Positions 11,017 through 19,923 of a stretch of DNA of 64,000 nucleotides are shown piece by piece. Made by a program: the position numbers and the translations under genes. The notes beneath the pieces were generated by a model. The model did no database searches. It had not been told where the DNA came from and was given only the letters and a program-made list of their open reading frames with translations. Origin of the DNA: Actinomycetota bacterium (GTDB lineage: Bacteria; Actinomycetota; Actinomycetes; S36-B12); contig JAFMCH010000001.1 in assembly GCA_017857875.1 (NCBI GenBank), positions 67,745 to 131,744 of the forward strand, written 5' to 3'. The first letter of the stretch is position 1; every line of letters begins with the position of its first letter.

Positions 11017-12689
11017 GCACTCCAAGCCTGATCGGTTCCAGTGCCGTCATGGCGAGCGGAACGGTGGTCTCACGCGTCACCGGCGTCCTTCGCGATGTCG
11101 CCATGACCGCGGCACTGGGCTTTTATGTTGTCTCTGATGCCTATTCCTTGGGCAACACGATGCCCAACGTGCTTTATATCTTGATTGCCGGTGGAGCGCT
11201 CAACGCAGTCTTCATCCCCCAACTTGTCCGGAAGATGAAAGAGGATGCCGACGGCGGCGCGGCCTACGCCGATCGCCTCTTGACCATTACCGGCGTGACG
11301 CTGCTGTTCTTCTCTGTCGCCGCAGTGTTGGCTGCGCCACTGTTGGTGGACCTTTATGCAACCTCTGCCTACAGTGATGAACAGCGTGAGTTAGCAACTG
11401 CTTTTGCTCGCTTGTGCCTACCCCAGATTTTTTTCTACGGCGTGTACACATTGATCGCCCAGGTGCTCAATTCACGTGGCAAGTTCGGACCGCCCATGTT
11501 CGCGCCGATTGCAAACAACATCATCGCTATCGCGACGTTCGTCTTGTTCCTGGTGATAGCTGGTACGTCAGCCGCTGCAGACGGAGTCTTAGCAACCGAC
11601 CAGATCCTGCTATTGGGGATTGGCACGACGCTGGGCGTCGTCACTCAGGCTGTCATCTTGCTTCCGGTGATGTGGCGGGTCGGTTACCGCTGGCGGCCAA
11701 GATTTGACTGGCGTAATGCGGGCCTTGGTAAGGCTGGTCGGCTAGCCGTCTGGACCATCGGACTCGTCGTGGTCAACCAAGCCGGCTATGTCGTCATCAC
11801 CCGACTGGCGACGTTGGCTAACGTCACCGCAGCCGATGAAGGACTCGTGGCCGCAGGACTCACGACCTATCAAAAAGCGCATCTCATCTTTATGTTGCCG
11901 CACAGCGTAATCACTGTCTCTATAGTCACCGCGCTACTCCCAGCGTTGAGTCGTACCGCACACGCCGGCAAACTTCGGCAAGTTGGCGGTGACGTTGCTG
12001 GTGCAATGAAGCTGACCGCAGCTTTGATCATTCCTGTCACCGCTGTTTTGGTCGTGGTCGCACCAGGCATATCGGTCTTGCTCTTCGGTTACGGGGCAGC
12101 AACTCCCGAGCAGGCCAGCCTCACCGGGCTCATTACCAGTGTGTTCATGCTCGGTCTTTTGCCGTTTACGTTGTTCTACGTGCTCTTTCGCGGCTTCTAC
12201 GCCGTTGAAGACACTCGCACACCATTTCTTGTCAGCATCTTGATGAATGTTGTCGCTATCGGTGTCGCAGTGCCGGCCTTCTATGCCGTCACCGGAGGTG
12301 CTCAGATCGCTGCACTCGCCTTTGGATATGTGTGTGGATTTTGGGCCACCTTTATTGCCTCCTGGCTGATCCTGGCTCGACGTCTTGGTGGACTGGAAAG
12401 TGCCAGCACACTGCTGTCCCTGGGGCGGATGATGGGCGCCGGTGTGCTCGTTCTCGGTGCAGGCTTCGGCGTGCAGTATTTCTTGATCAACTTCTTGACC
12501 GGTGGTGGCCCAGATGACCGAATCGGCATCTTGGTGAATGTCTTAGTTGTCAGCCTCTTCGGTGGACTCTTCTACCTCGGACTAGCACGACTTTTCCGCA
12601 TCAGTGAGATCCGTGAAGTGCTCGCCATTGTGTGGCGGCGGTTTGGTTCTCGGAGTGCCCGGCGCGACTCCGGCCAGGATGTTGCTTAA
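10995..12689 (+). CDS. murJ: lipid II flippase MurJ (MviN)
   Basis: 564 aa polytopic ORF with the N-terminus SSAVMASGTVVSRVTGVLRDV typical of MurJ. A likely alternative start is the GTG at 11013, forming a GTGA overlap with the upstream stop. Confidence 0.9.
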   Translation: MGRDVAVSTPSLIGSSAVMASGTVVSRVTGVLRDVAMTAALGFYVVSDAYSLGNTMPNVLYILIAGGALNAVFIPQLVRKMKEDADGGAAYADRLLTITGVTLLFFSVAAVLAAPLLVDLYATSAYSDEQRELATAFARLCLPQIFFYGVYTLIAQVLNSRGKFGPPMFAPIANNIIAIATFVLFLVIAGTSAAADGVLATDQILLLGIGTTLGVVTQAVILLPVMWRVGYRWRPRFDWRNAGLGKAGRLAVWTIGLVVVNQAGYVVITRLATLANVTAADEGLVAAGLTTYQKAHLIFMLPHSVITVSIVTALLPALSRTAHAGKLRQVGGDVAGAMKLTAALIIPVTAVLVVVAPGISVLLFGYGAATPEQASLTGLITSVFMLGLLPFTLFYVLFRGFYAVEDTRTPFLVSILMNVVAIGVAVPAFYAVTGGAQIAALAFGYVCGFWATFIASWLILARRLGGLESASTLLSLGRMMGAGVLVLGAGFGVQYFLINFLTGGGPDDRIGILVNVLVVSLFGGLFYLGLARLFRISEIREVLAIVWRRFGSRSARRDSGQDVA

Positions 12690-12695
12690 CCTTAA

Positions 12696-14297
12696 ATGGT
12701 GAGCGAGCAGCTATCGAGGCAACTTCCGGTACAGCCGGGTGACGCTGTCGACCGCTACACCTTGCGCGTGCTCGTCTCTCACACCGGCCGCAATCAGGAT
12801 GACGCAGTTGAGTTATGGCAGGCCTATGATCCCGTGCTCGATCGTCCTGTCGCCCTGCGCATCATGTCTGCCCAGAACCTGCGCGCCGCTCGCGTGAACA
12901 CTGCGGCTCAAGCCGCCGCCGTCGTTGATGAACGTCATCTTGTTCCCGTTCTCGACGTTCTCGAACAGGTGCCGGTGGCACGAGACCAACTGCCTGCGGA
13001 GTACTACTCCGTCATCGTGCACGAATGGTCTTCTGGAGCAACGTTAGACGAGGTATTTGCCCAACGCGAGGGTGAGCCGTTACCCGTCGCCGATGCCCTT
13101 AACCTGGCCAGACAGGTCGCTGTCGCTATGTCAGCCGCACACGGCGCCGGGGTTCGACACCGACGAATCCGGCCCGGATCACTACTCATCACCGGGAGTA
13201 CGGCACCCGATGGTGATGGTGAAGTGCGTCTTCGCGGTCTCGAGGTTGATGCGGCCCTGTGGGAGCCCACCAAGACCAGCCCCGGGGTGGACCCAGATGT
13301 ACACGGCATCGGTTGCCTGCTCTATGCCGCGGTCACCGGACGTTGGCCCGGTGGCACCCTCGACGGCTTGCCTGAGGCACCCACCCACGATGGCGCGGTG
13401 ATTCCGCCCTCACAGGTGCGTGCCGAGATACCTACGTGGGTAGATCGCATCTGCGCACGGGCCATCGATCCGATGGTGTGGGGTGCCGCTGGTAGTCACG
13501 CGAAACAGTCGCCACCGCCAGCCTTTAATGATGTCGACTCACTCCTGGCTGCCCTCGGAGCACCGGTCGAGCATGCCGAGCCGGCGCGACGGCTGGCACT
13601 GAGTACACCGCGCGCCCAGGTAGACCACACGACCACAACCCCTCAACGATCACCAAGGGTCGCCTTCCGCCGCACCTTGGGCACCGCAGCCGCCATCGTG
13701 TTGGTTGTTGGTCTCGGTGCGGCCGGTTGGCAGGTATTGGCAAATGCCCCTTCCCCGTGGGGCTCTGAGGTCAATCGTGCTCCGTCTGAGGTGCTCACCT
13801 ATGTCGCCGAAGCTGAACCGAGTTCAATCACCGACTACTCCTCGGGCGTGTTGCCGGGCCAAATCGTCCCGATTGGAATCGTTAGCTTTGATCCGTTCGG
13901 ATCAGACGAGGTCGAAAACCCCGAGGGTGTTCAGGCGATCATCGACGCGAATCCGGTCACCACATGGTTTACCGAGACCTACTTTGCACCAGACCTAGGC
14001 GACAAGCCCGGCGTTGGTGTGGTGCTCGATCTGGGTTCTGCTCGCGCCGTAAGCGCGGTACGCCTGCAGTTCCAAGGGGTCGGCACCAGTGTGCAGGTCA
14101 AGGTCGGATCCGATAGCCAGGCCTTGCCCGAGGATTGGGCGCTGCTCGCTCAAGCCAACACCATTGGAGACGTCATCGATCTGCGCGCCCCACGCCCGGT
14201 CGTCGGGCGATATGTACTGGTGTGGCTCACCGGACTGCCCCCACTCGACGGTGGTTATGTTGGCGGTATCCGTGAGGTAGCAGTCCTGTCTCGCTAG
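12696..14297 (+). CDS. membrane-anchored pseudokinase with extracellular discoidin/F5-8 type C-like domain
   Basis: The fold looks kinase-like but the catalytic motifs are degenerate: VALRIM replaces VAIK, HRRIRPGS replaces HRDLKPxN, and there is no DFG or Gly-rich loop. A TM helix (AAAIVLVVGLGAAGWQVLA) is followed by a C-terminal region resembling a carbohydrate-binding domain. It corresponds to the C-terminal half of M. tuberculosis MviN (Rv3910). Confidence 0.8.
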   Translation: MVSEQLSRQLPVQPGDAVDRYTLRVLVSHTGRNQDDAVELWQAYDPVLDRPVALRIMSAQNLRAARVNTAAQAAAVVDERHLVPVLDVLEQVPVARDQLPAEYYSVIVHEWSSGATLDEVFAQREGEPLPVADALNLARQVAVAMSAAHGAGVRHRRIRPGSLLITGSTAPDGDGEVRLRGLEVDAALWEPTKTSPGVDPDVHGIGCLLYAAVTGRWPGGTLDGLPEAPTHDGAVIPPSQVRAEIPTWVDRICARAIDPMVWGAAGSHAKQSPPPAFNDVDSLLAALGAPVEHAEPARRLALSTPRAQVDHTTTTPQRSPRVAFRRTLGTAAAIVLVVGLGAAGWQVLANAPSPWGSEVNRAPSEVLTYVAEAEPSSITDYSSGVLPGQIVPIGIVSFDPFGSDEVENPEGVQAIIDANPVTTWFTETYFAPDLGDKPGVGVVLDLGSARAVSAVRLQFQGVGTSVQVKVGSDSQALPEDWALLAQANTIGDVIDLRAPRPVVGRYVLVWLTGLPPLDGGYVGGIREVAVLSR

Positions 14298-14320
14298 GCC
14301 TGCCCACTAGGCTGCCGACC

Positions 14321-14953
14321 GTGGCTGACCTCACTGATGCACAGTTGCTGGCAGCACACTGTGAGGGTGACCCAGATGCCTTCACTGAGATCGTGCGCCG
14401 ACACAAGGACCGACTGTGGGCTGTGGCGCTGCGCACCACCGGTGACCCGGAGGAGGCGTCCGATGCCTTGCAGGACGCCTTGATTTCGGCCTACCGCCGT
14501 GCTGGGCAATTTCGTGGCGATGCCGCGGTAACGACCTGGCTCCATCGCATCGTGGTCAACGCATCCCTCGACCGATTGCGGCGCCGGGCGGTGCGCCCGT
14601 GGGTGCCCCTACCCGAAGAGAGTGGCGAAAGCGGCGATCGGGCCACTCTCACCGACCGGGCTGCCCTTGTCGATCCCCGTGATGCCCTCGATGCCCGGGA
14701 AACAGCCATAGAGATTTCTGCGGCACTTGAGGAACTACCCCCAGACCAACGCACCGCCATCATTCTCGTGGATCTTGAAGGATGGTCGGTAGAGGAAGCG
14801 GCAGCGATTATGGAATGCCCCACCGGAACGATCAAGAGCCGTTGCTCGCGTGGTCGGGCAAAACTGGCCCGACGACTTGCCCATCTGCGGAACCCCGACG
14901 GCCATGAGACCGTCACACCGGCGAATGGAGGTGACCTCGACGGTGCCCAATGA
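14321..14953 (+). CDS. sigM: ECF RNA polymerase sigma factor (SigM position)
   Basis: Sigma-70 region 2 (DALQDALISAYR, TWLHRIVVNASLD) and region 4 (VEEAAAIMECPTGTIKSRCSRGRAKL). It lies between murJ and trxB as Rv3911 does. Confidence 0.85.
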   Translation: MADLTDAQLLAAHCEGDPDAFTEIVRRHKDRLWAVALRTTGDPEEASDALQDALISAYRRAGQFRGDAAVTTWLHRIVVNASLDRLRRRAVRPWVPLPEESGESGDRATLTDRAALVDPRDALDARETAIEISAALEELPPDQRTAIILVDLEGWSVEEAAAIMECPTGTIKSRCSRGRAKLARRLAHLRNPDGHETVTPANGGDLDGAQ

Positions 14954-15944
14954 AGAATCCGGCGTTCCAGACATCGATTCAGATGATCTGCCCACTCTCG
15001 CCGCTGCGTATCCCGAGCTAGCGCAATTCCTCGATAGACAGCCCGCACCGCAGATGCCGGAATCGGTCTGGGCTGATATCCAGGATCGTCTAGCCCAAGA
15101 GGCTCCACTCGTCGCCAATCCTGCACAGCCCTCCGTCGAGGGAGTCGCTGATCTGGCCGCCCACCGAAACCGACGTCGTCGCGCACCGATACTGACCGCG
15201 GCCGCCAGTCTGGTGTTGATCGGAGCCGTCGGAGTGCCGGTCGTATTGAACACGACTAGCCCAACACCTCCAGTGGCCGATGGCCCCGTCGTTGCGGCAA
15301 CAGCCGCACCAGCACCTAGCGCGGACACATCGGCTGATCCTGGTCTGGCTGCCACTCCTGGGCCAGAACCGGCTGATTCACCGACCTCGCTCCCAGCTGA
15401 GCCCACCGAGCCCGGCATGGCCTCAGTACCCGCACGAACCGTGGTGGCCTCTGGCATTACCTACGACGCCGAGGGTATGTCGGCACAGGTAGGTGAACTG
15501 CTCTCCTCCGCCGGACTCATCAGCGCCACCATTCCTGACCTGGCCGCACCAGATATGCAACAACCCGAGACGATGGCCATGGTCGATCAGGTTGTCAATG
15601 TGGCCAAGACCACGCCAACGGGTTACCCGCCCATGATCGGTAGCGCGGGCTTTACCGCCGACGTCGACGACATGCGCTCCTGCCTTGAGAAGATCCGGGC
15701 CAAATGGGCCGCCAAGGTACTAGCGGGTGACCCGAGCACCCCAGCCCTTCGCGATCCGTCAGCAGAACTGATGCCCGCCCTCGTCGTGGACCGAGCGGTC
15801 TACCAAGGCAACGATTCGGGCGTGGTGGTCATGCTGAATGAAGATGATGGTGGCGCAGCCCGACTAGACGTGGTGGTCATTCGACCTGAGTGCACCACCG
15901 AGGATGTCGACCAGGCCGCGTGGTTCCATTACGACTTGCCCTAG
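14925..15944 (+). CDS. putative anti-sigma factor (single-pass membrane protein)
   Basis: It overlaps the end of the sigma gene and has one TM helix (APILTAAASLVLIGAVGVPVVL) and a Pro/Ala-rich extracytoplasmic part. The call rests on position (Rv3912 analogue). The start is uncertain between 14850 and 14931. Confidence 0.55.
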   Translation: MEVTSTVPNEESGVPDIDSDDLPTLAAAYPELAQFLDRQPAPQMPESVWADIQDRLAQEAPLVANPAQPSVEGVADLAAHRNRRRRAPILTAAASLVLIGAVGVPVVLNTTSPTPPVADGPVVAATAAPAPSADTSADPGLAATPGPEPADSPTSLPAEPTEPGMASVPARTVVASGITYDAEGMSAQVGELLSSAGLISATIPDLAAPDMQQPETMAMVDQVVNVAKTTPTGYPPMIGSAGFTADVDDMRSCLEKIRAKWAAKVLAGDPSTPALRDPSAELMPALVVDRAVYQGNDSGVVVMLNEDDGGAARLDVVVIRPECTTEDVDQAAWFHYDLP

Positions 15945-15952
15945 CCGGGTCA

Positions 15953-15978
15953 GGAATTACCCAGCGCCTAGGATCGTT
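15953..15978 (+). promoter_or_regulatory. SigH/SigR-type ECF promoter motif GGAAT-N18-GTT upstream of trxB
   Basis: GGAAT lies at 15953-15957 and GTT at 15976-15978, exactly 18 nt apart, about 70 nt upstream of the trxB ATG. trxBA is the classic SigR/SigH regulon member in Streptomyces and Mycobacterium. Confidence 0.45.
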
Positions 15979-16048
15979 GGCGTAGGTGGGGCCGTTTCCG
16001 ACTCTGTCCACGATTGCAGCAACGGGCCGTACATCCTTGGGAGTTCAC

Positions 16049-16999
16049 ATGGCAGCCACTTCGTCCGACGACCGTATCCACGAGGTCATCATCATTGGAT
16101 CCGGCCCGGCCGGCTACACCGCGGCCACCTACACCGCCCGTGCTCAGCTAGCGCCCATCCTGCTTGAAGGTGCTGTCACCGCAGGCGGCGCACTAATGAA
16201 CACCACCGATGTCGAGAACTTTCCTGGGTTTCCCGAGGGAATCATGGGACCGCAATTGATGGAGAACATGCGTGCGCAGGCCGCCCGATTTGGTGCGGAG
16301 ATCATCACTGATGATGCCGTCGAGATCAACCTCGATGGCCCCATCAAGTTTGTTCGCGATGGAACTGGTCGCGGGTACCACGCTCGATCAATCATCCTGG
16401 CGATGGGCTCGGGCTACCGCGAGCTTGGGCTCGACAACGAGAAGCGGCTATCCGGGCACGGTGTTTCGTGGTGTGCCACATGTGACGGCTTCTTCTTCCG
16501 CGAGGCTGATATCGCCGTCGTTGGTGGTGGCGATTCAGCCCTTGAGGAAGCCACTTTCCTTACTCGTTTTGCCCGATCAGTCACCCTCATTCATCGACGT
16601 GACTCCCTGCGCGCCAGCAAGATCATGCAGGAGCGTGCACTGGCCGATCCGAAGATCAACTTTGCCTGGAATAGCGAGGTCGCTGATCTGCTCGGTGATG
16701 CCAAACTCAGCGGCGTTGTTCTGCGTGATATCAACACCGGTGCTTTGCGCGAACTACCCATCACGGGGCTTTTCATTGCGATTGGTCATGATCCGCGCTC
16801 AGAGTTGATCAAGGGTCAGGTGGATCTTGACGATTCGGGCTATGTCGTAGTGACCGCGCCTGGCACCAACACCAATGTTCCCGGAGTATTCGCCTGCGGT
16901 GACCTGGTCGACCACACCTATCGGCAGGCCATCACCGCTGCTGGCACCGGGTGTGCCGCAGCCCTTGACGCCGAGCGTTTCTTGGCTGGCGGACACTAG
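16049..16999 (+). CDS. trxB: thioredoxin-disulfide reductase
   Basis: FAD motif [13 protein letters not shown], redox centre CATCDG, NADPH motif [12 protein letters not shown]. The ATG at 16049 is preceded by GGGAG. Confidence 0.92.
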   Translation: MAATSSDDRIHEVIIIGSGPAGYTAATYTARAQLAPILLEGAVTAGGALMNTTDVENFPGFPEGIMGPQLMENMRAQAARFGAEIITDDAVEINLDGPIKFVRDGTGRGYHARSIILAMGSGYRELGLDNEKRLSGHGVSWCATCDGFFFREADIAVVGGGDSALEEATFLTRFARSVTLIHRRDSLRASKIMQERALADPKINFAWNSEVADLLGDAKLSGVVLRDINTGALRELPITGLFIAIGHDPRSELIKGQVDLDDSGYVVVTAPGTNTNVPGVFACGDLVDHTYRQAITAAGTGCAAALDAERFLAGGH

Positions 17000-17074
17000 A
17001 GTTTGCACAATCATCTTTGATTTTTACCGGTTCGCAAAAACGGATTTCATGTCCACGAGATTACGGAGAATCAC

Positions 17075-17413
17075 ATGTCTGAGACCACCGGTTCGACCCG
17101 AGTCGTCACCGATGCAAGTTTTGCCGACGATGTGCTCGCCAGCACGAAACCGGTCATTGTCGACTTCTGGGCAGAGTGGTGTGGACCGTGCAAGATGGTG
17201 GCTCCGATCTTGGAGCAGATCGCCGCTGAGCACGCTGAAGCCATCACCGTCGTGAAACTCAACGTCGATGAAAACCCCAAGACTGCGGCTGCTTATGGGA
17301 TCACATCGATTCCGACCATGAACGTCTACTCCGGTGGCGAAATCGTCAAGACCATCATCGGAGCGAAGCCGAAGGCAGCTTTGCTCACCGATTTGCAACC
17401 CTTCCTCGGATAA
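17075..17413 (+). CDS. trxA: thioredoxin
   Basis: 112 aa ORF with the active site WAEWCGPCK. Confidence 0.92.
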   Translation: MSETTGSTRVVTDASFADDVLASTKPVIVDFWAEWCGPCKMVAPILEQIAAEHAEAITVVKLNVDENPKTAAAYGITSIPTMNVYSGGEIVKTIIGAKPKAALLTDLQPFLG

Positions 17414-17416
17414 TCG

Positions 17417-18511
17417 GTGGCGCAGTCTTATCTGCGCCTGGGTGATACCGGTCCCGAGGTCGCTGACATTCGCGAACGACTCCATCGGCTCGGTTTCATT
17501 GATGCGCCCGGTCGCCATGTCGCACGCGATTTTTTCGACGAGGCCCTTGCTGACTCCGTCCGCGCCTTTCAACAGCACCGCGGCATTCCTGTTGATGGCA
17601 TCGTGGGCCCGCAGACCTTTCGACACATTGATGAGGCCAGGTGGAGCCTCGGTGATCGCGTGGTGCTGTTCAACCCCGGCCACTTGATGTCCGGTGATGA
17701 CATCTTGGCTCTCCAACAGCGCCTGGTTCGGCTGGGCTTTGATTGTGGGCGCCCCGACGGTGTGTTCGGGGTAGCCACCGACGCGGCCCTGCGTGAATTT
17801 CAACGAAATGTAGGGGTCGAATCCGATGGCACGTGCGGCCCACAGACATTCGCCGCACTCGACCGCTTGAGTCGTACTGTGGGCGAGGGACACCTCGCGG
17901 TACCCCTTCGAGAGCAGATCACCTGGGATTCAGTCCGCAGTGGCGTAGCTGGAAAGGTCGTTGTCTTGGACCCAGGCGGAGCTGATGCCGACGAGAAACT
18001 CGCCCTGGTCGAGGCCGACATTCTGGCTGACGTGTGTGCACGCATCGAAGGCCGTCTTGCCGCACTGGGCACACAGGTGCTCATGACGCGTCCGGCCGTC
18101 GCCGAACTGACCCCAGAGGCCTCGCGAGCCGCCTTTGCCAACGACACAGGTGCTGATCTCGTTATTTCCCTGCACGTTGAACACGTCGACCTACCGGGAG
18201 CTAACGGATTAGCGACCTTTTACTTTGGTGATCCCTTCGGTGGGGCACACTCCCTATCTGGCTTCACCGCCGCCTCACTCATGCACGATGAGGTCTGCGC
18301 TCGCACCGATATCACCGACTGCCACACACACCCGCGCACCTGGGATCTCCTGCGCCTTACCCGCATGCCAGCAGTCTGGATGGAATTGGGATACCTCTCA
18401 CACCCTCGCGATGCCGCCCGCCTGGCCGCGCCCGGTTTTCGTGACGCGGTCGCTGAGGCGATCTCATCCGGCGTCGTGGCCTACTTCGCACCCCAAAACG
18501 AGACCGACTAG
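17417..18511 (+). CDS. cwlM: N-acetylmuramoyl-L-alanine amidase family protein CwlM (two PG-binding domains + amidase_3), no signal peptide
   Basis: Two peptidoglycan-binding repeats (GDTGPEVADIRERLHRLGF; GDDILALQQRLVRLGF) are followed by an amidase_3-like domain (VVLDPGG...LVISLH). Its position after trxA matches Rv3915. Confidence 0.8.
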   Translation: MAQSYLRLGDTGPEVADIRERLHRLGFIDAPGRHVARDFFDEALADSVRAFQQHRGIPVDGIVGPQTFRHIDEARWSLGDRVVLFNPGHLMSGDDILALQQRLVRLGFDCGRPDGVFGVATDAALREFQRNVGVESDGTCGPQTFAALDRLSRTVGEGHLAVPLREQITWDSVRSGVAGKVVVLDPGGADADEKLALVEADILADVCARIEGRLAALGTQVLMTRPAVAELTPEASRAAFANDTGADLVISLHVEHVDLPGANGLATFYFGDPFGGAHSLSGFTAASLMHDEVCARTDITDCHTHPRTWDLLRLTRMPAVWMELGYLSHPRDAARLAAPGFRDAVAEAISSGVVAYFAPQNETD

Positions 18512-18593
18512 GCGCCACAACCTGATCCATCACCGGCCCGTCGCGACATACCGATCACCCCGAATAATGCGAACGGTGGCCCGATAGGGGAGC

Positions 18594-19916
18594 ATGGTGC
18601 CCGTGACCGGGCCGGGAAATCGTCTTGATCCGTGGATCAACGCGTATGCGAGCCGTGCCCGCGGCATGACGGCCTCTGAAATCCGCGCTCTCTTCGCCGT
18701 CGCCTCGCGCCCGGAGGTTGTCTCGCTGGCCGGCGGGATGCCGTATGTGTCCGCCCTGAATCTCGACGCCCTCGCCGACACCGTCAGTGACCTGGTCCGC
18801 AACCAAGGTGCCTATGCGCTCCAATACGGCTCGGGACAGGGCGACATCACTTTGCGCGATCAAATCGGAGAGGTCATGGCAGAGGTGGGCATCAATGCCC
18901 ACCCCGATGACATCGTCGTCACGACCGGATCCCAGATGGCCCTTGACCTGGTCACGCGCGTTTTCTGCGATCCCGGCGATGCCGTGTTCGTCGAGGCACC
19001 CTCCTATGTCGGTGCCCTCGGCGTCTTCCGCGCCTATGAATGCACCGTCATCCACGTGCCGATGGATGACCAGGGATTGCAACCAGGAGCATTGGACGAA
19101 GCGATCACGGCGGCTCGCCTACGTGGCCTGCGGCCAAAGATGATCTACACCATTCCGTCGTTTCATAATCCCGCCGGAATCACCCAGGGGCCCGCCCGCC
19201 GCCACGAAATCTTGAGTGTCGCCCAGCGAAATGGCCTGCTGCTACTCGAAGATGACCCCTACGGCCTTTTGGGCTTTGATGATGTCGGATTTGGTGACAA
19301 GCCACCCCGCGCGATCCGGGCAGACGATGCCGATGGTGTTGTCTACCTTGGCTCTTTCTCTAAAACGATCGCATCAGGTCTTCGTGTCGGGTGGGCAGTC
19401 GCACCCCACGGGGTTCGGGAAAAACTCGTCCTTGCTGCCGAGGCTGCCGTCTTGTGCCCATCCAACTACGCGCAGATGACAATCAGCTCCTACCTGTCCA
19501 CCCAGCCCTGGCGGCAGCAGATCAAGGTCTTCACCGAGACCTACCGTGAACGCCGTGACGCATTACTCAACGCTCTCGACCAGCACATGCCCGTTGGTAC
19601 CACCTGGACCACTCCGGCCGGCGGATTCTATTCCTGGCTGACCCTGCCTGAGGGACTCGATGCAACGGCGATGCTGCCGCGAGCCATCGCCGCCCTCGTG
19701 GCATATGTCCCTGGTACTGGTTTCTATGTTGACGGCTCCGGTCGTCAACATATGCGTTTGTCCTACTGCTACCCCGAACCCGACCGAATCACCGAGGGTG
19801 TACGCCGACTCGCCGGGGTGATTGAAGACGAACTCCAACTCAGCCACACCTTTGGCACGAGCCACACACTGACGCGCCCTGAAGGTCCGGCAACTCCTGC
19901 ACCGGATCTGCAGTAG
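18594..19916 (+). CDS. PLP-dependent aminotransferase (class I/II fold, 2-aminoadipate/aromatic aminotransferase-like)
   Basis: 440 aa ORF containing SLAGGMP, YTIPSFHNPAG and SFSKTIASGLRVGW (the PLP lysine motif SxSK). Confidence 0.8.
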   Translation: MVPVTGPGNRLDPWINAYASRARGMTASEIRALFAVASRPEVVSLAGGMPYVSALNLDALADTVSDLVRNQGAYALQYGSGQGDITLRDQIGEVMAEVGINAHPDDIVVTTGSQMALDLVTRVFCDPGDAVFVEAPSYVGALGVFRAYECTVIHVPMDDQGLQPGALDEAITAARLRGLRPKMIYTIPSFHNPAGITQGPARRHEILSVAQRNGLLLLEDDPYGLLGFDDVGFGDKPPRAIRADDADGVVYLGSFSKTIASGLRVGWAVAPHGVREKLVLAAEAAVLCPSNYAQMTISSYLSTQPWRQQIKVFTETYRERRDALLNALDQHMPVGTTWTTPAGGFYSWLTLPEGLDATAMLPRAIAALVAYVPGTGFYVDGSGRQHMRLSYCYPEPDRITEGVRRLAGVIEDELQLSHTFGTSHTLTRPEGPATPAPDLQ

Positions 19917-19923
19917 GCAGTCC

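Noticed and set aside
14491-15457. Two long minus-strand ORFs (231 and 240 aa) antisense to sigM and the anti-sigma gene
   Set aside because: Sigma-70 regions 2 and 4 are clear on the plus strand. The minus-strand translations are Arg/Ser/Ala-rich GC artefacts.
17024-17893. 289 aa minus-strand ORF antisense to trxA and the 5' part of cwlM
   Set aside because: The plus strand carries an unmistakable thioredoxin (WCGPC) and the CwlM PG-binding repeats. Long antisense ORFs are expected in high-GC DNA, and the translation is low-complexity with no recognisable motif.
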